This document shows positions 34,141 to 49,100 of a DNA stretch of 64,000 nt, piece after piece. The notes below the pieces were generated by a model. The model saw only the letters and a program-made list of their open reading frames with translations. It was not told the DNA's origin and did not search any database. A program made the translations under genes and the position numbers. Every line of letters begins with the position of its first letter. The first letter of the stretch is position 1. This stretch comes from the human T2T-CHM13v2.0 reference genome, Homo sapiens: NCBI RefSeq assembly GCF_009914755.1, contig NC_060942.1; one strand, given 5' to 3'.

Positions 34141-34992
34141 TAAATGGGATTCACTTGAACTTTCTATAAAAGATCCGTAGTGGAAGTCCTTAGGGATTTG
34201 AGATGATGAACTATTATGTAAAATTATAAATGAGCAAAATGTTGTTTTTTGTATTGTTAATCAAATCAGAAACTGGTTTAAAAGATTTACAAAATTCACA
34301 AGGGTATGAAAAACAGAGGTTGTATTTACTGATTGGTCTGTTTAATGGAAATTGTCTAATGGAATTGTCTCATATTTTCAAATGGGATTTTGTTTTCATG
34401 GAATTTAATTAGTCTGATTATAATTTACAAGTTCTTTTAAAAAGTACAGGAGCAGCTTTTTAAAGTTTGAGAAACAGAAAAAAGTAATTGACTAAAGAAA
34501 TTTACAACTAACATGCCTGGTCCACTATTTTCCTCATAGCAGTGCCTGTATCACAAGCATACTTATCCACCATGAATCTGTGTGTGCTTTTGCAAGTTGA
34601 CATTATTGCTTCCTGAGTGAAGCTGTAGAAACCATTTCTATCTAGCAATGCCGAATTCTTGATCTTGGTTCCTTCTGTTTGACTCTCATTAGTTTTAGCA
34701 TAAACAGGTAAATGTGCTTTTTTAAAAGTATATTTCAAAAAACAACTCCATAAAATTACATATCTGTCAATCTTTGTTTTATTTCTATGTTACTGTTGGA
34801 AGCTAGCTGTTAATTTTGTTTAGGTTGAAATGGTTTTACCTTTTAAAAACCTACCCCCGCCCTTGCTCCAACAGCATTGCATGCTGGAAAAAACACTAGA
34901 GTAAGAATAAGAAATGTGGGTTCTTGCTCCAGGCTCTGCCACTAACTAGTTTGTGACTTTGGATAAGTAATGTAGTTGTCTGTGCCTATAAA

Positions 34993-34996
<4 letters not shown>

Positions 34997-35038
<42 letters not shown>
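34997..35038 (+). repeat. (AGT)14 microsatellite between MIR-like fragments
   Basis: Perfect trinucleotide run, counted directly. Confidence 0.95.
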
Positions 35039-35041
<3 letters not shown>

Positions 35042-35741
35042 CACTGCTATATGGTGAGCACTTACTACACCAGCAGAAGGCCTCATCACAGCCCTGAAAG
35101 TTATCCCCGTTTTACAGATGAGGACGAGAAGTCTCAGAGAGGTAGAAATTTACCTGCTGTGGCACAGCTGCTCAGCAAGTGGTCAGGGCCAAGGGCTGCA
35201 AGTGAATTCTTTTTAACTATCTTTCTGTCTGTTCCTTAGCTTACTTTCAGGTTTAGATTGACTTTGCTTTGTTGAAAATACTAATGGCTCACACACATAA
35301 AGGTCAGACATGATGGAGCCCTTTCCTCGTTTTAGAATTTGGTCCTTGTTACAGCCCTGTGAAGATAGTGACATAATTATCCTATGGTATTAGTGAAACT
35401 GATTTTCTTTAAGTGTGCCCCTGTCATTACTTGTCACTTGCCTTTTGAATTAAAATAATGCTACAAGAACTGCTTTTTAATCTATATATTCCATCATTCA
35501 AATTCAAGTGTCTTAAGCCTTTTACATACCAAAATAGGTATATTTGAATACAGGAGAAGTCAAAGAAAGGCAATCTGGACCAGAATTCTGATTTTTCTGG
35601 GTAGTAAAGTTTCCTTCAGAATGCTGGTGGCCAGCATAGGATTGCCAGTTCTTTATTTTGCCAAGTAAGAACATTAAAAAAAAAAAAAGAAAAAAAAAAG
35701 ACTTAAAAAAATTAGGAAAGATAAGATACCACAGTTTAAAA

Positions 35742-36053
35742 GTTTTTTATTTTATTTTTTATTTTTATTTTTGAGACGAAGTCTCACCCTGTCACCCAGG
35801 CTGGAGTGCAGTGGTGCGATCTCTGCTCACTGCAAACCTCCGCCTCCCAGGTTCAAGCAGTTCTCCTGCCTCAGCCTCCCAAGTAACTGGGATTACAGGC
35901 ACTCACCACCACGCCTGGCTAATTTTTGTATTTTTAGTAGTGACAGGGTTTCACCATGTTGGCCAGGCTGGTCTCGAAATCCTGACCTTGTGATTCACCC
36001 TCCTCAGCCTCCCAAAGAGCTAGGATTACAGGTGTGAGCCATCACCCCCAGCC
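35742..36053 (-). mobile_element. Alu (S-type), intron 1
   Basis: Antisense Alu consensus; flanking aaaagtt. Confidence 0.92.
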
Positions 36054-37892
36054 AAAAGTTCTTTAAATTTATCTTCATTTTTCTCATTGTGCGGCAGTGC
36101 TCTAAACTTCACAGCCTGGCCCCCTTAAAGGATGGCAGCCCTTCGGTGAAGCCCTTTAACTCCGCTGCAGGCCGCAGTCCTGTGTGCTCTCTGCCTGACT
36201 CCCCTCTAGCCTGTGTTGACATGGGGGTGCACTCAGGATGCCCACTGGTGGGGCCTCGGCCTGAGACTGCTTACGCTGGGGAAGTAGGGTAGTGCGAGTG
36301 ACTCCGTTTCTTTGGACCTGCGGTTGAGCTGGCAGCAGAATGGAGGGGTCCGAGAAACGGGTGAGTGTGAATCCCTTGCAGAAATGCTCTCTGGGGGTCT
36401 GCCCTTGAATGTTAGGCGGCATGACAAGTCAAATGCAGTCCACCAGGGTCTTCACCTGGAAATTGACTACTTGTACTTTATTCTGGAAACTTAGGGCAGA
36501 GATTTTTGTTAGAAAACCCAGAATGAGCATCTCATACTGGACTTAAATGCTTAACTGTGTATTTTATTTTGCTATACTGTATTTGTACACAGTCTTCTAA
36601 GCCATGACCGATCTGCCCGTGTTTCACTTAAGAGAGAATTAAGGAAAATCATCCAGAATTCCCACTCCAAAAGCCCAAGCTCTGCAGCCCTGCAGTGTGG
36701 TTTTGCTCCATCTGGAGAGAACCTCACACAGACTCCCCTGCCAAAATGATGTAACATGATGACTCAGGGATGTGAGCGTGAGAGGAACCAACATTTAGTT
36801 CTTATACCCACATATGCTGTGTGTTGTGTGATTAGGTTTATTTAATGAACTTAATGCAAGCTGAGAGGCTTGACAAAACGTCCCCTTTTGTGGACTGAAG
36901 TAGCTATCTTTCAGAGAAAGCATGCAGATTTAGTTGGTGTTAGGTTGTTTATGTTGAATAAAAATCTATTTAAAGACCTGGCTGAAGTGCATTCAGCCTT
37001 TCACTGTCTGCACTTACAATAAAAAAGAAAGATTTTATTATGCATGACAGAGATCCAGATTCTTAGAGATTGCCTCTTTCCCTCTGGTCTGTGGAATCTG
37101 CCAGAAGCCATCTGTTAATGGATCTTGGAACTGGCTGTAGAAGGCAGAGTAGGTTCCTTTGAGAACTGATAGGTCCAAATTATTCTCTATCCTTGGGTGC
37201 CAGATACGTTGTTCCAAATAAGCATTAGTTTGAATTTGTAAAGAAAACAGCTTTGTACAGTAGTCATTCTACAAATAGTTTTAAGCAGCATTTTGTATTT
37301 ATATAAGACACCATCCTGCTCGACCTTCCCCTGGGCACAAAGCTCACACCTGGTTTACCCTTTTCAGAGAGGAGGTGAGTCACGGAGGTAGCCATAATAA
37401 GTGTTAGAAAAGAGTGCCTCCTGCTTCAGCTGAGGAAGACATTTATCATCCTCCTTTTGTCCTTTAATTCACGTCTTTGACATTTGGAAAGTATTTGGAA
37501 AGCCAAAACTACAGACCAAAAATTGTGCCCTTAATTGAGTGTGATTGTTAAAAAAAAAAAAAAAAAAAAACTTGTGAAACTGGGAAGCACAGCACAGGCT
37601 GAACAGAGCACTGGATTCCATAGAAAATGTTTTCCCTCCAACTCTGACAAACTCCACCCTTTGGTTTCTGGTGCCTAGTTAACAAAACAACCTGCAATTC
37701 CAACTCCACGTCAGCACTTGGGCGAAGGAATAGGCCCCTATAAATGAGGAGCTTTGTGTTTTTCGCTGGCTTCCTCTCACCTCTTCAAGCCATGTGTGTG
37801 GTAGGACCTCAACACACTTGTCGATTGGCTAAAGAATCACACACCTGCAGTCAAATTTTCACTTTTAATTTTTTACTTAAAAAGAAAAAAGA

Positions 37893-38235
<343 letters not shown>

Positions 38236-39569
38236 TTAGGCAAGCAGCTTACCTCAGTGTCTTCACTTATAGGAAGAAAAACAAAGTGGGATTTACACTT
38301 TCTTCACATCTCACAGTATAGGCATAAATGAAGTTAAAATATCTTACATGTCTGGCATAGAAAAGACAATTTTTAATTCTCTTTTCCTAATTTATCCTGT
38401 AGATCCGAAAACTCTGAAACACTCCATAAAAAAATCCTTACCCTTTAATGATACACACTGATATATACAGATGATATAAATTTCAAAATGTAATCACATG
38501 TCCTGGGTAAAACATAATCTGTTTGACAGTCCCTGTGTTTTCATGGATCCATTCTGAGTAGTAGTGAAGTTCAATTTTTTTGCATATGAAGAAAATGTTA
38601 ATAATCCACTGTTTGATCATGGTTTTTTTTTTTTTAATCTCTTCCCTTTAAATATTCTCCTCCTCTTTTGACCAGGAACTCAAATAACATGGTAGCATTT
38701 CAGATGGGGGTTTGTCTGAAGGCAAGGAGTAGAGAAGGCCTCCTGGTGCAGGGATGGAGTCTGTCCCAGCCAACCAGCCATCCACCCTGTCTTACTGTTA
38801 ATTTTATATACTTGCCTAGCAATGCAAAGTTCTTTTTCAGCCTTAAATATATGTTCTTAGCTCCCTTCCAGCCTCTGCCTTTTGTTCATCAGGTGGGGCT
38901 GCACAGTGCACAGGGAGGAGCACAGCCGGGAGCCAGGCAACCCAGGTTCAAATCTGTGCCCTCATGCTCACCAGCTTGGTTACCTTAGGCAGTCTACCAG
39001 CTTCCCTGACTTCTGTTTTTTCATCTATAAAATATAGACAGTAATATATACCTCATAATATTGTTAATGAATATACACTGCAATAAGTTAATGTAGATAA
39101 GGCCCTTAGAATATTATCTGAAATATAGCAAACACCACAAAAGTTCTTAATCTTTTCATTTGTGAAGAGAACATACACCTTTCTGTGGAATTCTCATACG
39201 TGTGTACACTTCCATGAGAGGAACTGTCCACTCACTCTGCTGGGCTCCAGCCACGCCTCTCCTTGGAGGCCCAGGACCTCCAACTGTCCCTCTGTCCTCC
39301 CCTCCCTGATGCAGTCCGTGGTGTCATTGTTTGTTCCAGTCAAGTGCAAGGCTGTCTCCTTGTGCTTCTGTGTACAGGGTGGGCTTTATTTGCTGGGTGG
39401 GAGCGTGCCAACCCTGGAGTGCAAGCGAGGACAGGTCTTCTTGTACCTGGATGCAATTTGACATCCTCAGGCCTGGATAAGCATTTTTTTAATGACGCAT
39501 AGTAACATTAGGATTTTAATAGTACCTGCTTCTGAGTTGATCAAAATATTTTATAGTTATAGTACTTAG

Positions 39570-39981
<412 letters not shown>

Positions 39982-41036
39982 ACATTCTCTTTTCCTTATA
40001 TGGGACGAGAATTCATTTTGAACTCTTCCCCGGTAGGTGGTAGAGTTTGGGCAGAAGACTGGCCTTATGCCCACATGACTTGATTTTAATGCTAGATTTG
40101 CCTCTCTCTGTAACCTTAACATGTTCCTTAATTTATTTTCTCACAACTCACTGAAAATGCTTACAATCCAATCCCTTAGTAGAATATTATATCCAATTTA
40201 ACATTATGTAAGATACATCCTTGGAAGAACAGCCACTATATAAAACTTAAGGTCATTATTATAAATTGGCAGTGACAACTACTGTTTGTATTGAGACTTA
40301 CTTCCAAGTCTATGGAAATTCTTCAACTTCTTGAAAGTATTAAGTAAAATCTATGGTCTGGTCCAAACTCCAGATCTTTGGTGGAACGAGGAGAAGTGAC
40401 CTGGGCATGGAAGAAGAGGGCACAGTCCGCTTGGCCGTAGTCCTAGATGTGGACCACAGTGGTGGTTAGGCTTTTTACTGGAAAGGAGTGTAAAGAAAGA
40501 AGTTTCCGTGTGTTTTTGCCATTTTCACTTTTGTAACTTCTTATGGCCCAGCAAAAAGAAACAGTAGTGTGCAAATGTTTCGCTTTAAGGGGAACATAGA
40601 AATCTTACAAGCACTAAGTCCAGGGATTCCTCCCGCTGTTGCTAGACATGTGAAAGACAGCCAGCAAGAAGGCAGAGCGCAGAGTCAGGCCTTGTCTTAA
40701 CAGCTTGGCTGTGGGAGCTATGAGCCACTTCAGAACATCTCACGCTTTTCTCTCTTTTCACCCATCTGACTTTTATTATAATAACCTTTCATTGTGGGCA
40801 GTGGTGTAAATTTGAGTCTTGGTTCTGCTGCTTCTCTGTCATGTGGTATGACTGTAGGCAAATTACCCTGTCCTCTCTCTGCTCATCATGTTGTCTTCCT
40901 TTATAAAATGGGGGTAATAGTTTCCCCGTCACTGGGCTGCTGTGAGGCTTGGATATGTTGGGTATTAGACATGGAGTATTTGACAGATGTCCACTGTCAT
41001 TAGTACTAAAGGAAATTAAGGTCAAGAATAAGACAC

Positions 41037-41350
41037 CGGCACAGTTGCTCATGCCTATAAACCCAGCACTTGGAGAGGCTGAGGTAGGAGGATCGCTTGA
41101 GTTTGAGACCAGCCTGGGCAACATAGTGAGATGCTATCTCTACAAAAACCAAAATCAGTTAGTGACAGTGGTGTGCTTCTGTAGACTCAGGTACTCGGGA
41201 GGCTGAGGTGGGAGGATCACCCAGGAGTTGGAGGCTGCAGTGAGCTATATAGGATCCTGCCACTGCACTCCAGCCTGGGTGACAAAGCCTTCTTTTTTTT
41301 TTCTTCTTCTTTTTTTTTTTTTTTTTTTTTTGCTTCAAAAAAAAAAAAAA
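41037..41350 (+). mobile_element. Alu (J-type) with a T-tract before its poly-A
   Basis: Alu body, then ~40 nt T-rich sequence, then A14. Confidence 0.85.
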
Positions 41351-42766
41351 GACTGACTTAAACAGAGCAGTCTAAGACCTTTGATAATACTGTATCTCTG
41401 TAGCCTGCGTGCTTTTAGAAAGCATTGTTAAAATACTTTTAGAAAGACTTCCACAAAACTGGTAAGCCTAAAGAAAAGCAAGCTCCTCTCACCAGACTAA
41501 TTCACCTGGTAGACCAGTTCTGTATCTAAGGGACTGAATGGAGAAACTGTTACCGTAATCCTCTGAGATTAGTGTGTGTAGGGAGAGGCTGTGAGCAAGG
41601 ATGTCTGCCCCATCCTGTGAGGAACTGTAGGAGAAATGAGAGGTTGTGTTGCTGCACACACTCATATTTCCCCTGTGTCCTGGGCACCCCTGCGTTCACT
41701 GCTTCCATTCCACACCTGCTACTCAGATGCCTTTTTTTTTTTAACTAATCAGTCCTGAATTTCCCTATTTTTTCCCAAAAATAATTTGCATTTCTTCTTA
41801 CATATACAGCATTTGATGGAGAAGAGGGAGCAGTTTCCAGCCATCAAATTTATTGAGTTGCTGTTGTGTGCCAGGCAGTGTCCTAGACTTTAGGGGGCTG
41901 AAGATGACTACATCCTCGGAGGGCAGGCACGTAGCCTGTCGGGGAGGCCAGCAAAGAAGGAACGATGTGATATGGGCTAGAAGAGAGTTCAGGGCCAAGA
42001 ACTGGAACATAGATAAAGACAAGGGTAAAGGTGGGTGCAGTCAGAAGAGGTCAGATGGGAAATCTAGGGCTTCAGAGGGTTCTGGGCAGACAAGGAGTTT
42101 CTCTAAGAAGAGAGAACAGCAAAGACAGATGCTTTGCCAAGTGCATGGTGTGTTAATTTAGGTCAGTATGACTGAGGTTTTCAAAGGCAGGGACTGTCCC
42201 CATCAACAGTGGTGGGGGCTCGTTGCTTCCTCCCTTAGTCAAGATAACCTGTAGGAAACCGGTTTTCAACAGGGTTGTAGACAGTAGTGAAGTCGCCACC
42301 CTCTTTGTCCCTTGGTTGTTTGTAAACATTTCCTCTTCTGTAACAGGAACTCTGTTGACTTTTCCTAAATCATCTGCCAGATATTTGAGGTTATTCATGA
42401 CTTTTTTCCTTTTATTGAGGATCATTATCACTTCTATGACATCCCAGTATTAAAAATAGACAACATTAAGGGATATTTTTGACTTTTAATATAAGAAAGT
42501 TTTTAGAAATGTTTAGTCATGTACTTTGATAGAGGTATATGTTTCTAAGCCAAAAATTGGATTAAGTTTCCAGTCATTGCAGGCTACTTAATGTCTGTTA
42601 GATATGGTATAGGTATAGGATATTTTGTTTAAGAGCGAGGACTGTTTTAAGGAACTGGTTTTACTCATGGAACCGTAGATCTGGCCACTGGGTATTTTTC
42701 TGTTGTGTTGTTAATTGTCATTCATCTACTCACTATAAGATAGTCTTCATTTTGGCTAAACAGATT

Positions 42767-43005
42767 CTTTTTTTCTTTTGTTTTTTTCCTTTCCAGCTTT
42801 TATTTTAGGGTCAGGGGGTACATGTGCAGGTTTGTTACATGGGTGAATTGCGTGTCATGGGGGTTTGGTGTACAGATGGTTTTGTCACCCAGGCAGTGAG
42901 CATAGGACCTGATAGGTAGTTTTTCAGTCCTCTCCTTCCTCCTACCCATCACCCTCAGGTAGGCCCCAGTGTCTGTTCCCTTCTTTTTGTCTATGAGTAC
43001 TCAAT
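42767..43005 (-). mobile_element. 5'-truncated L1PA/PB 3' end
   Basis: Poly-T, then ggggtacatgtgcaggtttgttacatggg; TSD-like gctaaacagattct / gctaaaacaggttct. Confidence 0.85.
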
Positions 43006-43480
43006 GCTAAAACAGGTTCTTAGCCCTATTTACTGTCGGGTAATCTTTGCTTTGTTTTCCTATTAGAACTAATAATGTGTTTATAATTACATAGTGATAA
43101 TGTTACCACTTATTTCCTGATTTTGAATATTAATGTCCTAGCCTTTTATTTTTATTCATTAAATGTTGTGATTACAAAATAGTCCTAGTGTAGGACTGCT
43201 GGAGTTCGGTAAGTTGTTCAAGTTGGTTGGGAAAGGCAGTCTGACATATTCAGACTCCATTGTTAGCAGAGAAAACTGTAGTCAAAACAAAGATTATCTG
43301 CTCTAGCTGTTTCAGGGACTCTTAGTCAATTTGAAGCAGAGCTCAAAAGAAATATCATCTGCCAGTTATTTTCAATAAAGTCGCAGCCACTGCCACAAGG
43401 TTTACAAAAGTTACAGCTCCTTTAATTACATTTTAAAAACTAACTTACTTGAAGAAATTGGAAACAAAAGTAAAATAGAA

Positions 43481-44551
43481 TATTGGGGAACCTGCCCCGT
43501 TAGTCACGTAGGTTCTTTTCTATTTTCCCTAAGCGTCGGCCGGTTTGAGAAATAAAGGGACAGAGTACAAAAGAGAGAAATTTTAAAGCTGGGCATCCAG
43601 GGGAGACGTCACATGTCGGTAGGTTCCGTGATGCCCCACAAGCCACAAAACCAGCAAGTTTTTATTAGGGATTTTCAAAAGGGGAGGGAGTGTGTGAACA
43701 GGTGTGGGTCACAGACATCAAATACTTCACAAGGTAATAGACTATCACAAGGCAAGTGGAGGCAGGGCAAGATCACAGGACCAGGGCGAAATTAAAATTG
43801 CTAATGAAGTTTCAGGCACCATTGTCATTGATAACATCTTATCAGGAGACAGGGTTTTGAGAGCAACCGGTCTGACCCAAATTTATTAGGTGGGAATTTC
43901 CTCTTCCTAATAAGCCTGGGAGCACTACGGGAGACTGGGGTCTATTCCACCCCTACAGCCTTGACCATAGAAGACGGCCACGCCCAGGGCCCCCCGCCAC
44001 CCCGTAGACCTACCCCCAGGCGAGTATTCTCTTTCCCAGGGATGTTCCTTGCTGAGAAAAAGAATTCAGCGATATTTCTCCCATTTGCTTTTGAAAGAGG
44101 AGAAATATGGCTCTGTTCCGCCCGGCTCACCAGCTGTCAGAGTTTAAGGTGATCTCTCTTGTTCCCTGAACATTGCTGTTATCCTGTTCTTTTTCAAGGT
44201 GCCCAGATTTCATGTTGTTTAAACACACATGCTCTACAATTTGTGCAGTTAACACAATTATCACGTGGTCCTGAGGCAACATACATCCTCCTCGGCTTAC
44301 AAGATGACAGGATTAAGAGATTAAAGTAAAGACAGGCATAGGAAATCACAAGGGTATTGATTGGGGAAGTGATAAGTGTCGATGGAATCTTCACAATTTA
44401 TGTTTAGAGATTGCAGTAAAGACAGGCATAAGAAATTATAAAAGTATTAATTTGGGGAACTAATAAATGTCCATGAAATCTTCACAATCCACGTTCTTCT
44501 GCCATGGCTTCAGCTGGTCCCTCCGTTTGGGGTCCCTGACTTCCCGCAACA
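43481..44551 (-). mobile_element. MER11 (HERVK11/ERVK-class) solo LTR, intron 1
   Basis: The reverse complement starts TGTTGCGGGAAGTCAGGGACCCC; exact 6-bp TSD ATAGAA (43475-43480, 44552-44557); 1071 bp long. Confidence 0.9.
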
Positions 44552-46111
44552 ATAGAATAGTAGTCATCACAGATTATGCATTTGATTAGTAAATTCCATC
44601 ACAGAGTAGCATGGCAGCAGTGAAATCCTAACTCTACATTAATATGAAGACAGTGTTTTGTCATTAAACTGTGCTGCTTTAAACCAGATAGCAAATATCT
44701 GCGCTATTTTGTGCGTCTTGTGTAGTGTCACTTGAAATTGCAGTTTCCTTGCAGCTGAGTGTTAAGCCACTGTCTTCAAGTTCTCCATCATGCAGAACCT
44801 GCTTCCTGGGTCAAGGCAGTGTCTGAGCTTCCTTTGACTTTGGAAAGCAAATCATTTCCAGAACTGAAAGTGAAATTGAATTAAGTAGCTTTCCTTCAGG
44901 GACATCTGAAATTATGTGTTATGTGAGAGGTTAAGAATTGACATGGAGTAGTGCTCTCTAGCTTTGTTTTCTTGTGACATTTTATATTCATGCAACTTCT
45001 CTCCTAGGGCAGGAGGGCTGCCTCCCTGGCCACACCCTGCCCCAGGGCTGTAAACATGCCTTTTGTGTGGCATTGGTGTCCACAGTGTTACTAATTATAA
45101 AAATCGGTCACATGTCTTCCACTTCCCCTCAAGAGCCTCATCTGACTGCAGCACCTCATTGGTGCCCAGAGACGGGCAGTCAGGGGCATGGCCAGGGCCT
45201 TGCCCTCTGCAGCCACCATACCACTCACAAACATGGGCACCTGCTGGCCCGGGGAGCTGGGATCGTCTACACCCTGGGTCCCAAGGAAGCTGTCAGGAAG
45301 TCGTTCCTGTAGGGAAGGTGCCTCTAGTTCTAAATTCAGCCAGCATCCCTTTTGTTTCCCTTAGTTATGAAAATTGTGTAATAAAATATTGTTGTGAAAT
45401 ATTTACATTTTGTATAACTGGAAGGCATATAAGGTAGCATACACAAATGAAAACTTGGTTTTAAAAATATATCTGAAGCTTTACAGGCTAAATTGAAAAG
45501 GAAATATACATGATGGTTTGCTTAGTAATATTAAAATGAATAAAAATTAAAGTTGGGTATGTTAATTTGTGTAAGAGTAAATTTTAAAATCTTCTCACTG
45601 TTGATCATATAATGTTATGTTTATATTTACCTAAAATTTTCATGAGTACTGAAATTTTTAGTACAATAATTTCTAAATTCAGACTAAGGCTATTTGACTA
45701 AAGTTGATTAAGTTTGATTAAGTTTCCAGTGTTCCATATAAGAATTTTCCCTGAGAAAACATCCTTTTAAAGCCACTTATTTGTTGATGTAGTTATTAAA
45801 TGTAATTTTAAACTGGTTTCTATGCTGAACTGTGGTAGTTATAAGTTGTGTTATGAACAGCAAATACTAGACCGATCACTCAGGATAAGACATAACATGG
45901 GCTGACCTTCCCAGTGTGGACTGAAGCGTGAGAGATGGGAGGTTATAGACACTGGTGCAGATACTGCTTTTCCTTGGAATTAAGTGATGTCAGGTTTCGT
46001 GGGGTTTTCTTTTTTTCTGATAATGATAACAAAATACACAAATAGGATTATTTTGTATGACAAATTGCATCTTTGTTGTTTTTGCTTCACATTTATTTGT
46101 TTTATTTACAG

Positions 46112-46172
46112 GTGTTGACTTCAAAATCAAAACTGTAGAGCTAAGAGGAAAGAAAATTAGATTACAGATCTG
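46112..46172 (+). CDS. RAB12: RAB12 coding exon 2
   Basis: tttacag|GT GTT GAC TTC AAA ATC... gives (G)[19 protein letters not shown](W); donor gtaagt; 61 nt, phases consistent. Confidence 0.97.
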
Positions 46173-49100
46173 GTAAGTGGGAGAGTGTGCACCCAGTAAT
46201 GTGCTGTGTGTGTTTAACAGTCCATGTACTTGTCTAATAAAATGAACTGTTTGAGCTGATTTGCCTCTCCTACTTTCTCCTCTTTTGCTCATTTTAAAAT
46301 TAAATGGACAGTGTTTCCATCAAGAGAGAGAATTTAGATAAGGCTGTTATGTTATATGCCACTTGCACATGGGGAGCAGTTGTGGACAGAAGAATGTTAC
46401 TTTAATGGTAGCTAGTTTGGAACCTTTTTGCCTCTATTTTCAAATTATTTACGTGATATCAAAACTGTCTCCACTAAAATGATTGCTCAAATGTTTGTCT
46501 TCATGTCTTTATTTTGTATGATAGTATTCAAAGAAAGCCCAATATGTTCATAACCAGATTTGCACAATCTGAAGGCAGGTCCCCTGCAGACAGTTCCAGA
46601 GCTTCTTGGTGGCACAATGTGACTATTACTGCGGGTGGGCATACTCCTTCCGGCTGTACTGCTGATTCCACGGGATGTGAGCCCCCACTAATGCCTACTA
46701 GAAATGAATCCAGGCCCCTTTCTCAAATCACAATTGGAATGAGAGACTCAACCAGCTGTGTTATAACTGCACTCAGCACTAAGAGCTTTCTGTTAGCTAT
46801 TAACCTGTTAACAGCCCGCAGGTGCTAGCGACCTGTCTGTGGAAGAAGGGATAAGATCTGGTCTGGTGGTCTGGCGGTGGCTTAAAAGTAGCCCCATTGA
46901 GGTGCTCTGAGAATGCCGTTTTGTTTTGAATGCTACAGCTGCGGTGTACTCAGCTTACTAACTCCTCTTGGCAGGTCACCCTCAGCTCTGATTGTTTGTC
47001 CACCATGTGTGTGTTTGCTTTCATCTGCGTTAATTGCTGCTTCATCTGTGGCATCATCGGTCACCTAATGCTTGAATGTTAGTGCCATGTCTTCATTCTT
47101 CATCCGTGTCCCTGTCTGGGCCGCAGCTGCAGCCAAGCCGCAGTGCCTGCCTTCTGGAGGTGTCTGAGGTAATATCTTCATTTGGTCACCCTTCACTGTA
47201 TAACACACTTCTAAGATTTTTTGATTTGGGTTTTTGTTCGTTTTCTTTTCTGTTGTGCATTTGGTCTGCATATTTTCATTTTTGGCTTGATTATGAAACA
47301 TTAGGTCTTGTCTGAATACTTGAATAAACAACAAATAGATATTTCTTCCTGTGCTAGTCCCGCAGACTTTTTGTGCATTGCTGCCCAGCTTTTAAACGCT
47401 GGAAATGGCAACAAAGTGTTTGGCACACAAGCTGCTGTTTCTAATTATAAGCTCTATAAGGTAAAGACCATCTTCACAAGGATTTGGGATATGCCTCTCT
47501 CTGTTCCTAGTACCTGTGTGAGGTACTTTCTGATGAGAATATTGCCCCACAAAAGTGATGTAAACATTATTAGAATGTGTGACGCCTGCCTTGGTGACAG
47601 CCATGCCTGATGACTGTGGCACATGTCTTAATTAATGCATTAATACTTCCATCTTCATCTTTGGCGGCAGTATTCTTTATAAAGTATGTCCAAATGATTT
47701 ATAAAGTATGTCCAAATGTCCTGGTGCCTCCCTGGAGCTCTGCCCACTAAGTCTATGCTGGTGACATTGTACACTCCTGGAATCTGACTACAATGTCCTT
47801 GACTCTGAGATAAGAGGGCCCTACCTGATGGAATCCCCCTCGGGGAGAAAGTGAGATACTGTGGCTCCACGAAGAGCAGCGGGCACTCAGAAACCATTTT
47901 TCTCTTGTATATGAAAGCATTCTCCAAATGACCCCTCTCCCTCTCCTGATTCTCCCTTGACTCTTTACTACTTTTTCATTCTCTAAATCTGTGCAGCTGT
48001 ACAGCATGGGCAAAGAGCGTAACTAAGGGAGGAAGAATGAAATGGATTGGACTTACGGAATGGTTGATTGCAAGTTTTCTACATGGAATATTCCAGTGAC
48101 TCTTTTCCTGCAGGAAGGTTTTGAACAGTGACTCATATATCTACTACAGGCCAGCCATTTTGTTGATCACATAATACTCAAAATAAGATTTTTATCTTCT
48201 GAAATATTTTATTTAAAAGATGAAAACCTTTTCCTTCATTATTGCTATGCAGCAGGTAAAAAGGAAGTGTTAGAATCATGATTGTAATTTGTATTACTGT
48301 TTTAAAGTAATGCGTGGCTTCTTTAGGAGTGAGGCACAGCCCTTGTGCTGCTGCTGGTGTAACCTGCTTTGTTGTGGGCGTGTTGTCGTCGTTTCACTCT
48401 CATCCATTGAGGGCATAGAAGGCGCCTGTGTAGCTGGAAACGGTCCCTCAAGGAGGCGCAGTGGATTGTGCTATGCTAATAATAGATAGCTCTGCTCCGA
48501 TTTTCTAGACTGGCATGAAAGCATTGCCATTCGGTTTTCATAGGAGGATCTTGTTGGAAGAAGTGCATTATTTACTATAGATTCCTAAAAGCTAAAAGTA
48601 CCAAAAGCTGCAGGTGTCTGTTACATTTTTACGTCACGTTTTATGTCATTGCCACATATTTCAGTTTGTTGATTACCTGTGGTCAGAAAAAGGACCATTT
48701 TTCTCTTCTCTGTACTTTAAAGTATTTCTACATGAATGTTAGAACTTTATGTAAGTAGCTAAAATAAAACATGTTGACTAGGATGTAGTTTGATGAATTT
48801 ATATCCAAATGGTGTCCTAGAAATTATTTACAGTGAACTTGGAGTTGTGTTGAAATGGACTTGAAGCCGTGAAATTTGCCTCTTACCTTTAGGCAAACAC
48901 AGAATTGAAATGCTTCATATAAGGGCCCTTTGTTCTGCCTGTCGGACCAGTCCACTGTTGGGGGACTTTGTTTTAACCAGCGTTCTTAGGTCAGCATCAT
49001 TCCTTTTGTTCTCTGCTTGGAAGAGGGGGAATATTTCATACCCTATATTGGCGTGTGCCCTGAAAATTAGTAATTAAATAATTTAAGTGGCTATATTAAA

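Noticed and set aside
42560-45730. Shared 15-mer GATTAAGTTTCCAGT at ~42560 and ~45716
   Set aside because: A few 15-mer matches are expected by chance in 64 kb, and there is no flanking homology.
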